Shown here: positions 27,116-38,675 of the stretch, piece by piece | Layout: each line of letters starts with the position of its first letter | Numbering within the stretch: position 1 is the first letter of the stretch | DNA from: Chrysomallon squamiferum | Lineage: Eukaryota; Animalia; Mollusca | Reading direction: 5' to 3' | Length of the DNA stretch: 64,000 nucleotides | Assembly: GCA_012295275.1 (NCBI GenBank) | Contig: CM022673.1 | Location: 3,782,001 to 3,846,000, forward strand | Program-made: the position numbers and the translations under genes | The notes under the pieces: generated by a model | The model's database searches: none | The model's input: only the letters and a program-made list of their open reading frames with translations | What the model was told of the DNA's origin: nothing

Positions 27116-28646
27116 TGTTATTATAACCCAGGTTCCAGTGAGTTTCCCGAGGAGACACTTCAGAGGAAACTCTTCACGAATTACCTCAACACAGCGCGTC
27201 CTTTCACCAACGATTCCTTCAACACCGTGGTGAACTTTCACCTTGAACTCCTCAGGGTCGTAGATCTCGTAAGTAGTGACGTCACCGTAATATACACGAC
27301 CTGGCACACACTGAGGTATTTAGATACAGCTTATAACGTAGACAGCTACTGGTTGTGATTAACATGTTACTTTGTTTGATAACAGAAACTCAAACATATT
27401 AAATTAAAAGCAATTATTACACGTCAAGAAGTTTGTGATTATTTCCGATTTACTGAGAAAAAAATAAATATATACAATGCAGGTGAGCTAATATAAACGT
27501 GAACATAATCGAATTGTTTACACAGAAACATAAACTAATACATTTGATCAAGATATTTTCAACCTTTGAGGCATACATACATACACACATACATACACAC
27601 ATCCATCCATCCATACATCCATCCATCCACACATACATAAAAATACAAACAATACTTACATACATATATACATACATACAACATGCATGCATGCATACAT
27701 ACATACATACCTACCTACATACATACATACACACACATACATATACACATACATACATACATACATACAAACATACACACATACATACATACATACATAG
27801 ATACATACATACACACATATATATATACACATACATACATTCATACATAAACAAACAAACACACACACAGAAATACACATAAACGCAAAGTATAACATAC
27901 ACATATATCCATCATCGTGAATCTATTGCCTGTAGATACAAAAAGATTCAGTTACGTATTCTTACAGCACATTCGTGATGGAAGTTTGGAAGCTGAGTGG
28001 TACGTGAGTACTAATTGGGAGGACGAACGTCTTGCATGGAACCCCAGCGTGCACGGCGGACTGGATTACATCAGCATACCAACGTCTGCTATCTGGACGC
28101 CAAACATCATTCTCGTCAACAGGTATTGTGTGTTTTCAAAGTGTTGCTTAATCAGAGCGTAGTAAAGCGTTGATGTCTTCCAGATTTTCAAATAACTGCT
28201 CTGTGACGTAATATCTGTCTGCAGGATACTGTAAAAGAGAAATAAATGATTAAATATCATGAATGGATGAATGAATGAATAAATAAATAAAGAAATAAAT
28301 ACAAAGAAATAAATGTTAACCAAATAATGGAAATTTGACTAATCAGAATAAAAATTAACAATGGATATTGTATCATGTTGTAAAATAAGACAGCAACTTT
28401 GAAGCCGATAGTAATAATGATCGAATAAATATATGAAATAAAAGGTAAACAAACAAACAAACAAATAAATAAGTAGCTATGTTCTATCGAAAATTTAATA
28501 TTAATTACCAATTTTTTTTTTATAGCAATATAATAATCTAGCAACAAAAAGAACTGTATTAAATAGTAATACTCAACAAAAAACCACAAAAAAACGACGA
28601 AAAACAGAAAAAAACTTGTAAATTATTACTATGATTTTAATCGATA

Positions 28647-28702
<56 letters not shown>

Positions 28703-29166
28703 AACTCATGTCAGAATTTTCAAAAGAAAAAATATTTTGTTATTTAAAGTTTACCCTGTACCACTCAGCTTTTTTCAGTGTTTTATCAATAAAAAATTGA
28801 TTATACACGAAATATTATTTTATAACATATATTTAAAATCCGAAGCTGCTTTTCTTAAATTACAATTCTTTCTTTATTCTTTCTTTTTTTTCTAGTATTT
28901 AAAACATTATTTTAATAATAAATAATGACAAAACTATTTATTTATTATTATCTATTTATTTAATAGTTTATATTTTTATTTTATTTATTTCTAAATTTAT
29001 TATCATCATCATCATCATCATTATTATTATTAATTAATTAATTTATTTATTTTTATTTTTATTTTTAATTTTTATAAAAGCATAAGCCGATAAGGATCTT
29101 TCTAATTATGGTTCGTTACCCAATTTTAAAATATTAAAAAAAAAAAATAATAAAAATAAAATAAAA

Positions 29167-29238
<72 letters not shown>

Positions 29239-31735
29239 GTAGTAATAATAATAATATAAAAGAAAATTTACTCAGTAGTATGTATTTCTCTGTTTCTTTG
29301 TTATTTCAGTGTTGGTAATGAATATTCACACAGCTATGTCGAACTGGCCACAGTTTCGTACACCGGCAACGTCAGTTTCTCACGGACTGCAAAATTAAGG
29401 AGCACCTGCGACCTTGACCTCACGCATTTTCCTAAGGACACTCAGGAATGCCATCTGACCTTTGCCTCGACTTCGTACGACACTCGTGCCCTGACGATTT
29501 CAACGCAGTACGTAGAATACGCGAACACGTCGTTCGAAAACGATAGCGCACCTTGGTCCGTGATGACGGTAACGTTGGAAAGGGAAACAACTCTGATGGA
29601 CTGTTGTCACGAGTACGACTTAATTACGTACGCTGTCAAGATAAAACGTAACTGTTCTTACTGCAAGCATCTGTACGTGATGCCCGTGGCACTGCTGGGA
29701 TTGCTGGTTCCGTTTCAGTTCCTGCTGCCAATAAACTCCAGGGAAAGATCGTGTTTTGGTAAGCTTTAGCGTTACAGAAGGAGAATTTCTGAGATGCATT
29801 AACCTTTTTATGTGACAATGAGTGAAACGAAACGTCAAGAATAACCGACATGGTTAGGGATGAATAGAAAAACTGAGCAACATCAAACCTTGAATCTATT
29901 ATTCCTGCAACAAAACAACAATATCATCAACACCTACAGCTACTATTACTGCTACTACTTAAACTGATGCTAATGCTACTTCATTATTACTGCTAATTAT
30001 TACTCTATCATTATTACTACATTACTGATACAACTACTACTGCTATTACATCTACTACTACTACTTCTGTTACAACTACATGTACAATTCTATATTACTA
30101 TTACTATTACTACCTCTACCGCAGCTACTACTGCACTGCTACTGCTGCTGTTACCTCTTCTACTTCTTCTACTAAAAAATTAAATAAATAATAATACATT
30201 CTTACTACCACCATTACCACAACGTACAGTATTACTATTACAAATTATAATGATGAAGATACCACGAAAGAAAACGTTAGTTTATCATTCTGTCCATACT
30301 GCTATACACTAATATTCCATTAGACTTCCGCGAACATGTATGTTTTGTCTGAACTTATAAATAAATAAATAAATAATAATAACAACCGTGTAAGCGAATA
30401 CTACAGATATCTAAAGTTATAAATGCAAATATAATGCACGTTGTTTTTATAGATTTAATGATTTTTGACTCTGTTTTGCAGTTAGTCGATTTTAAGATGC
30501 GTAAGGTTCAGTATCAGAAAGAGCATCCGTAATGATATTTTTATTATTATTATTAAACAATAACCCCTTTAAGTTTCAAACTAGTGTACGTAAACACACA
30601 TTACGATATGATATGCTACGTCACTTTATTTTATATATATATATTCTTTTTAGTATATTTTTTTTATTTCATACTACTATGCTTTTCTCTGTTAAATCCC
30701 GTTATGCAATATTTATAATTATATCATACATTATATGTCATATCATAATATATTAGTATTATATATTATCGTATCATATCACATTGTAATCTACAATTTT
30801 TAGAAATATTATGGTAATAAGGTATAATATGTCATTTTTAAAGTTACTAACTGTAATATATTGTAAGTATTTTATGGTATGACATCACTTCTTTATCTAG
30901 GTTGTCTCTTACTCATTGGTTGTGTCTTGATGTCGTCAATGCTCCATGACGTCATACCCAATACTTCGTTCCCTGGCCCCAAACTGGGTAAGTAGTGAAA
31001 ATAATAAAAATAATAATAATAAGACATAAATAGTGATGATGATGATAATGATGATAATATATTGACGATAATATAATAATGATGATAATGATATTAATAA
31101 TGATAATGACAATGATAATGATAATGAAGAAAATAACAATAATAATTCAAAGAAAAAAAGGAGAAAAAGATCGTACCAAAGAGATGCTATACTGATCAGT
31201 TATTTTCATCTTGCTTTTTCATTTACTATCACCTTTCTGTCTAACATTCTGCCTGTATGTCTGTCCATATGTATTCGTGCTATTTTGTTATTCCAGGTAT
31301 CTATCATTCTCTCACGATAGTGTACATTGTTATTTCTTTGCTGATAACAATTTCTACTCTTCACTACTGTGACACTTGGAGGGGACGCACAAATGTCCCT
31401 AAAGTGGTGAAAAAGGTCAGTATTAGAGTTCGGTGTGGAAAATAGCCCATACGTATATTCTGTGCTAGTAGCTGGTTATTTAGTTCGTGACTCTAAACGT
31501 TTGCTAATGATAAAGTATGAGAATAGTATAACACAAGTCAGCAGAAATGAAGGAAGGCTGTCATTTGTCTTTCTGTATTTGGTGTGTGCAGCATCACAAC
31601 GAAAAGATAAATAATTGATGTAGATAGGAATTATATGATTAAATAAGCACAGATTTATCACTTTAACATGGTGTTATAAATATTAATAATAAAACATTAT
31701 GTGATAAGTTTGATTAACCATTGTTAAATAGTTCG

Positions 31736-31766
<31 letters not shown>

Positions 31767-31965
31767 GATTTATTTTTATTATTAGAAAAAAATTGTATTC
31801 ATTAAGGATATTTGATTATTATTAGTAACATTCATCTTATTTTTATAATTAATATTATTATTTAAATTTATTATAACAGTGGTTATCTTTGTTTTTGTTC
31901 TTATAGTCTTATTTTTTTAATTATTATTATGATGATGATGATCATCATCATCATCATTATTATTA

Positions 31966-32008
<43 letters not shown>

Positions 32009-32314
32009 CTCTAGATATTTATCGGCGTCATCGGAAGCTTGCTATGCGCAGACACGCCGAGGATACCACTGGCTCTAAATTCCGATGTGCCCATTACGGA
32101 AGTCACCGACGCCGATACGAAGAGTGCCGGACTTGAACACCAACTGGAGAGCGTTCTGTGCATGATGCACAGTATGATTATCAATATGAAAAGAAAGAGA
32201 ACTGAGAAAATATGCCTGCATGAATGGAGAATTATCTCCCTTGTGCTAGACCGGTTTTTCTTCGTTGTTTTCATGGTTGTTTACTTCATTACGACTCTAG
32301 AGTTTTTGGGATGA
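23901..32314 (+). CDS. Divergent nicotinic acetylcholine receptor alpha-like subunit (Cys-loop pentameric ligand-gated channel), complete 7-exon gene, 434 aa: join(23901-23958,27132-27268,27968-28122,29310-29758,30901-30987,31297-31415,32015-32314)
   Basis: All six introns are GT-AG with matching phases (1,0,2,1,1,0). Spliced length is 1305 nt with no internal stop. The product has a signal peptide, WxP loop A, a C-x13-C Cys-loop, vicinal CC, four TM helices and EWxxxxxVLDR before M4. Confidence 0.93.
26642..26855. mobile_element. Tc1/mariner-type MITE (about 214 bp) in nAChR-like intron 1
   Basis: Inverted ends (CA)GTGGGGTGCAAAAGTATGTATACAGT / ACTGTATACCTACTTTTGCACCCCAC (25/26 match), inserted in a TA-rich tract, with no coding capacity. 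Confidence 0.85.
27132..27268 (+). CDS. nAChR-like exon 2 (GSSEFPEETLQRKLFTNYLNTARPFTNDSFNTVVNFHLELLRVVDL)
   Basis: ccag| acceptor and CTC|GTAAGT donor. The ExxLxxxLFxxY...RP N-terminal helix is typical of nAChRs. Not shown in the ORF track. Confidence 0.92.
27570..27880. repeat. (CATA)n/(CATC)n compound microsatellite in nAChR-like intron 2
   Basis: Directly visible. Confidence 0.9.
27968..28122 (+). CDS. nAChR-like exon 3 (HIRDGSLEAEWYVSTNWEDERLAWNPSVHGGLDYISIPTSAIWTPNIILVN-S)
   Basis: ttacag| acceptor and CAG|GTATTG donor. Contains WxDxxLxWNP and IWxP motifs. Confidence 0.95.
29310..29758 (+). CDS. nAChR-like exon 4 (Cys-loop CDLDLTHFPKDTQEC, loop B FASTSY, loop C MDCCHEY, M1, M1-M2 linker LPINSRER)
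   Basis: tttcag| acceptor, TTG|GTAAGC donor and an open frame across 449 nt. Confidence 0.96.
30901..30987 (+). CDS. nAChR-like exon 5 (M2 and M2-M3 loop: GCLLLIGCVLMSSMLHDVIPNTSFPGPKL-G)
   Basis: tctag| acceptor and TGG|GTAAGT donor, 87 nt, phase 1/1. Contains the PxTS...P motif of the M2-M3 loop. Confidence 0.93.
31297..31415 (+). CDS. nAChR-like exon 6 (M3: GIYHSLTIVYIVISLLITISTLHYCDTWRGRTNVPKVVKK)
   Basis: ttccag| acceptor and AAG|GTCAGT donor. A hydrophobic helix is followed by VPKVVK (cf. MPKW/VPxWV). Confidence 0.92.
32015..32314 (+). CDS. nAChR-like exon 7 (short intracellular loop, MA helix, M4, stop)
   Basis: ctctag| acceptor. Ends ...HEWRIISLVLDRFFFVVFMVVYFITTLEFLG-TGA. Confidence 0.94.
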   Translation: MFIGVIGSLLCADTPRIPLALNSDVPITEVTDADTKSAGLEHQLESVLCMMHSMIINMKRKRTEKICLHEWRIISLVLDRFFFVVFMVVYFITTLEFLG

Positions 32315-32346
32315 AAAAACAAAAAAATCAAATAAAGAAGTGAACA

Positions 32347-32462
32347 AAAAAAAAAAACCTGCAGAGTTACCAGATGGGCAAGTAACTCGATTTGAGCCAT
32401 TCCCCAAAAGATCTGTTTTCTTCCTTATAAACATGCTTTCTATATAGAGGTAATAGAAAACA

Positions 32463-32499
<37 letters not shown>

Positions 32500-32610
32500 C
32501 AGAGTTACCAGATGGGCAAGTAACTCGATTTGAGCCATTCCCCAAAAGATCTGTTTTCTTCCTTATAAACATGCTTTCTATATAGAGATTATAGAAAACA
32601 ATATTAAAAC
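32347..32610. repeat. Near-identical tandem duplication (period 138 bp) just after the nAChR-like stop codon
   Basis: CCTGCAGAGTTACC... at 32358 and 32496, with the copies joined by a poly(A) run. Confidence 0.92.
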
Positions 32611-33494
32611 AAAATTATTATTATTATTTTTTAAATTATTCAGAAACAACTGTGTTATCTGCTGATTGATTATTGCAGTTAATTTTGGACGTGTCTGACT
32701 TATGTCACGTTATTTTTTACTCTGAGTCTCAACAAAAATTTCTTTTGTACGCACACCTGAAGTGTTGCCACTGTTCAACAAATAGTTTAATTTTTCGTAA
32801 TTATTAATTGTTTGGGTATTTATTTGCTTACGTTTGCTTACGAATTAATAAAGTTAACATCATTTATATTAACTGCTAGAAATATTCACGACATACAGTA
32901 TTTTATTAAAACAATGATAACATAAAATATAAAACAAAAATAATTTAACAAATTCGTCTAAAACTGCCCAACGTATAACCTTTAAATCAAACTAGTTTGA
33001 ATTCTGGAGTTATTTCCCTTCGGACGCATCGATCACCGTATTTCTATGTCGTTGTTTTTGAAAACCGTTAAATAGGTTTTTCAAAACAAAAATGCTGAGT
33101 GGATTAATTATTAAGGACGTGGGAAGTATCCCGTGGGTGAAGTCGAAGTTATTTTATGGCGAATTAATGAGCTTGTCGTAATTAATACATGCTGTTGTTT
33201 CCGAAACTGACCTGTGTTTTGAGACAAACACGTCGTATATCGAAGGGTATCACCTTCAGTCACTCCCGAGCTATTTTCAGTGAAGTTTATTAAACATTTA
33301 CGAAGCAATGACGTAGGTTTCTATGGCTGAAATATAACGCTTGACTGATCACAAGGATAAAAATGTTTACTGCTCAGTTGTTTGAAAAGCTTAGAACGTG
33401 GACACGAAACAACATGTATTATTGAATAAATCCAAGAATTAAAATGTTTTATGTTTGTTATTCTTCTTTTCATTTTGATATCAGTCTCTTTCTA

Positions 33495-33568
<74 letters not shown>

Positions 33569-33746
33569 TTATAAATATATACATATACATGTATCCCACT
33601 TTTATTTTCTCTTCTCTCTCATTTTTTTCTTTCCCTTTCGCTTTCTGTCGATATTTTCCTCTCACTAACCCTTTATCTCTCTATCTCTCTGTATTTTTCT
33701 TTATCTCCCTGTTTCATTCTCTCTTTCTATAAATTTGTCTCATTTG

Positions 33747-33827
<81 letters not shown>

Positions 33828-36077
33828 TTCTTTCTTTCTTTCTTTCTCTGTTCCTTAATTATAAAAACGATCAGAAACGAACTCTTTAACCTCTTTGTTG
33901 TTTTCTTTTAATTTTGTTTAAAGTCATGTCGAAACCAGCGGACGTAATGAACCAATGACAATTCATTTCACAGTGGTGTCAACAGAAGCACCAATCAAGA
34001 ATAATGTCATTCCTGCTGACTCTGGCAGCTGGGTCACTAACTGATGGCGACATTTTCGTAGCATGCAGTCGAGTGACGGTGCATGATTTTGACCGATTCA
34101 CAGTCGAACATTTAAGTGCTTTCCAAACAACAACGTGTAAGTTTAATTATTTAACTCAACGAAATTCAAATCCAAACTCGGAAACATTTTTTTTTTTTTT
34201 TTTATTTACTAAAGATAACAACAGAATATAATTAATATATAAACGTTAATTACGTACTGTGTATTATTTTTAGTAAATATAAAAAATACGTTGATGCGTA
34301 TGGATTGTACCTATGTAGGTAGTAACTGTTGCACTAAGCTAATTCGAGAGGTACATGTATGAAACAATCACTATATTTAATGTTATTAATACACTGGTAT
34401 AGAAACTAACGTGGACAGATGAACTTTGTATTCTGGATCGAAGACAGAGGACTTAAGCATTCGATTTGTTGATCGAATGTTTTATAAATGGCGAACAGTA
34501 ACACAAAATAATCAGGTGTAAATAATATCAGGAAAAAATTTTAAATTATATATATAAGTAAATAAATTAAAAAAAACAACAACAACAAAAAAACAATTAA
34601 CGAGAGCCAACTGGTACTTAAGACAGATTGATCCCAGAGACCTCGGTGCCTCAGACAATTCAGTCTGAGTTGTAATAGTGGGTGTGGTATGTTGTTAATT
34701 CTTCGTATTCTTCCACTGACAGAAATATTCACACACAATCCTGTCTTAGGAAGAACCACTGATTTTTATCAAAGAATTCTTTCCAAGATGTGAAATTGTC
34801 TTTTTTTTTTTTTTTCCTGTTTCAGCTGTACAAGTGAAATACCTCAGTTCACTCAGTTACTAAATTTACCTCGTTCTGGTGTGTTCTTGGTTCGAATTCA
34901 ATCAAATACTTCACACGCGGAACCTGTACGAGTGTCAGTGGCGAAAACCAAATCTGAGGATACATTGAGACTGACATTGGCTCTGGCAAATGTGATCACA
35001 GCTTGGACAAAAGACTCGAACTAAACGACCCCCGCTGAAAGAATCGGTTATGTTACCAACTGGATGAATAAACATAATGCAGACTCATTATAAAATTATC
35101 CACAAATTTGCCTAGCCGTGAAAATATTCCCGATAATTAATAGAATAAATATTTACTGCACAAGTTCAATAGACTATGTACATATATCAGATACAGATTT
35201 CGTTTAATTTTATCGGCATTGAGTACCTACATGTTTACCCAAGGCGATAACTTTACGTGACTCTAGAAATATGCTGTGACATGTGTAATGTATCGAGCGG
35301 GTTTAGTTCACAGATTAAGGCCGATAGGTCTTCGGATCAATTCTCATCAACCCGCATTTTGTTTTTTAGGACCAGGTTTTCCCATCTGTGATAAGATACA
35401 ATAAATTTTTTCTTCCTACGAGTGATATTAATATATATATATATATACACGCACGCACTCACACACACACACACACAGACAGATACATAGATGGATATAA
35501 ATACATATAATAGTGAATTAAGCAAATTAAAATCGACTGGGTAATACGTTTGCAAGGAGTGTGTAAAATAACAGTTAATATAAATTAGTAAATAAATAGC
35601 CAAGTTACTTGAGAGTGATATCAGCTGAATCAGAAGTATTAGATTTAATTTTAATCCGGTGGAAATGTCACATAATTTGTGTAATTTTGACGAAATGCCT
35701 TTCTTTTTGTCTTTCGTAAATATATATATATTATTAGTGTGGAATGTTGGTATCATTTGTTCAGTTTTACTTTTGATAGTTCATGACAATATCAGTTTAC
35801 AAATACCATGACTAACTTTTTTCTATGTAAGAGTTGTCATATTTTGGTGAAATGTTTATGCTGCCATGTTTTTAATCTTGCTCTTAACTGATCCCATGAT
35901 TTACTATGTTGAGTATTGATACTGTTCTTACAATTTTACCTGACCTTTTATAAATATATATATTTTTAAATTTCTTTGGTTTTCTTCTTTTTTTCTTTCT
36001 TTCTTTCGTTCTTTCTTTATTCCTTTCTTTATTTATTTACTTATTACTATTATTATTATTATTACTATTACTATTAC

Positions 36078-36114
<37 letters not shown>

Positions 36115-36440
36115 TATTATTATTATTTTTTTTGGATGAACCTGAAATCTGATTAGAGAAATGCGATTTTAATCTAAAACTGATGATCAAAATATTGCAC
36201 CATGTGTTATTTTATCGTATTTAACGTAATCATCGTATAAAACAACAATCAGAGGGCCACGAGAGACATGTGAATGTGTTTGTCTGAAAAATATATCAGT
36301 ATGTACATGTTGTTGCACTGAAAAATGAGTACTGCGCTTTGTCGAGTTAATGTCACTGGATTAATATTAAGAAGACATTTATATTAGATCACGTATTTGA
36401 AACATTTATAAATGTATTTGTGTGTGTGTGTATGTCTGTG

Positions 36441-36504
<64 letters not shown>

Positions 36505-37423
36505 AATTATAATAATAACAAATCTTCTAATATCGTATGTATATGTATCCTTGTGTGTGTGTGTGTATATAAATGAGCGTGTGTGTGTGTGTGTGTGTGC
36601 GTGTGTCTGAGTGTGTGTGAAATTTAGACTTCTACACTTGGAGCTATAATTCTCTGCTTACATGGTCTAAAGAGTTAATCACGTTAGATCTGAATTAACC
36701 TTTGGTACCTCAGAAACATTTTTAAACTGTAATATTTCCTTATAAATTTTTACAGTGATATACCGTTGTTAGTACACAACACATTCTTCCTCCTAATGCT
36801 GCAGCTTCATAGGTTCCCATCTGTCATCATCAGACCGAGAAGAAAAAGAAGAAATCGAAAGGATTTCTTTAAGGGAAACAGCAAAAACGTCAACGGCTAC
36901 ACTTTAATGTGTAAATATCACAGTTCAGCGAAAACATTTCCTAAAGAGTTTGATAGAAAAAGATACATCGTTGGCGGTAATGTCGACAACATCTCTCTCA
37001 ACGTTCTAGTGTTGGCGGTTCACATACGTTATTTTTAAATTGACAGAACCGTTCTTCGGCTTCCGTTGAAGGCAGTGAAAAGTTTTCTTAGAGCAAGAAG
37101 GGGAAGAAGAACAGAGAAAAGATATTCTTTAAGAATTTATTTAAGGAATATATATATATATATTTTTTTTTTTCCCAGTGAGTATCTGATAATTATGATT
37201 TTAAAGTCAGCAATGTTTGGAGAGATGTTTATCAAGCATTATTTCATCATATAGTGTCTTTAATAAATAAAAAATAAAATTACAAATAAACGCTATAACA
37301 GTAACAGACACAAACAGTAATTAAATAAATTAATAACTTAACAAGTGAAAATAAAAACATTTTAAAGCAAATTTTTAAATAAATAAATACACAAATAAAT
37401 AAGTAAATAAATAAATAAATACA

Positions 37424-37478
<55 letters not shown>

Positions 37479-37557
37479 ACAGTGATAACAATAACAAACA
37501 CTATAATATAAGCAACCATCTTGGCAGAAATGTTTCTATTTTTTCAAATTATTTAAA

Positions 37558-37593
<36 letters not shown>

Positions 37594-37621
37594 TAATTAA
37601 CAGATCGACGGTGATTAGAAA

Positions 37622-37652
<31 letters not shown>

Positions 37653-38661
37653 GTAGCAGAAGCAACAAGAACAACAAGATCAACATCAACGAGATCAACA
37701 TCAACAAGATCAACATCAACAACAACCACAACCACAACAAACACAACCGCAACAACAAAAACAACAACAACAACAACATTAATAATAATAATAAAACTCG
37801 TTGAAAGTTGGTAATTTTAAAACGAAAATCAAATCTCCCGCGTTTTTATAAATGAATTGTAGCGACGTCTACTGGGAACTGCACGTTTCACAACGACGAC
37901 GTCATTATAGCGAAGCCCTGGGCTGAGCGGCTGCAGCGGCAACTTTCAATTTCAGCGGAAAAGCAGCAGACGATTTATGAGGTCTTTGAATGTCTGCAGT
38001 GACTAATAATTATGAAATGTTTGTGTTTTCCCCGAGGATGGTTTTAACGAAGATTTATAAACCTCTGTATAACACATACGTGTATATAATTCACCCACAC
38101 TGCAATATTTTTATTCTAAATAATAAAATTATACCGGTCTGTGCTATAGGGAAGAGAAGACAGACAAAGAGTGAGAGGCTGAATTTTAATAGGAAGTTCT
38201 CTGCCATCGTGTCACAGGCTACTCTGATACTATTTTATTTGGCAGTTTTGTAGATGGCCTCCATGGAACATAAAATATCACTGAGCCTCATACTTGAATA
38301 GAATAGTGTGAAATTAGTAAAGTTTTAATTAATAGGAACATAATTTAATGTACGAGTGATATGTCTGTTTACGTCGTTTAATAATATTAATTTTCAAAAA
38401 GAAGAAAAAAAAGTTTTATGTAATGATTTACTAAATAATACATTTATATGGCAACTAAAATTTGATTTTGTATCTGTTATATACAGACAACGTGGCTACA
38501 ACTTTTCTTTTTATCAAAATATATTTTATATGCACCTTCCTGAAAAGTAAAAAGGAATTTATTTTTTAATAAAGCTATCGAATAGCACGGATTGCTGATG
38601 TTTACAGTATTTGATCTTGTGACCTACCATGTCTCAGGCTAGCTCTCTCATCACTGCTGTC

Positions 38662-38675
38662 GTTGTCATGGTAAC
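38662..38675. promoter_or_regulatory. RFX X-box motif GTTGTCATGGTAAC
   Basis: Exact match to the 14-bp consensus GTHNYY-AT-RRNAAC. Function untested. Confidence 0.45.

Noticed and set aside
26993-27307. Minus-strand 104-aa ORF MPGRVYYGDV...
   Set aside because: Antisense shadow of receptor exon 2 plus an ATT repeat.
33052-33089. AT-rich hairpin TTGTTTTTGAAAACC...GGTTTTTCAAAACAA
   Set aside because: Too short and low-complexity for a pre-miRNA. Expected by chance in AT-rich DNA.
34605-34640. Short similarity to a remembered octopus SINE motif (TAAGTACCAGTT, minus strand)
   Set aside because: Only about 12 bp match, too short to support a call.
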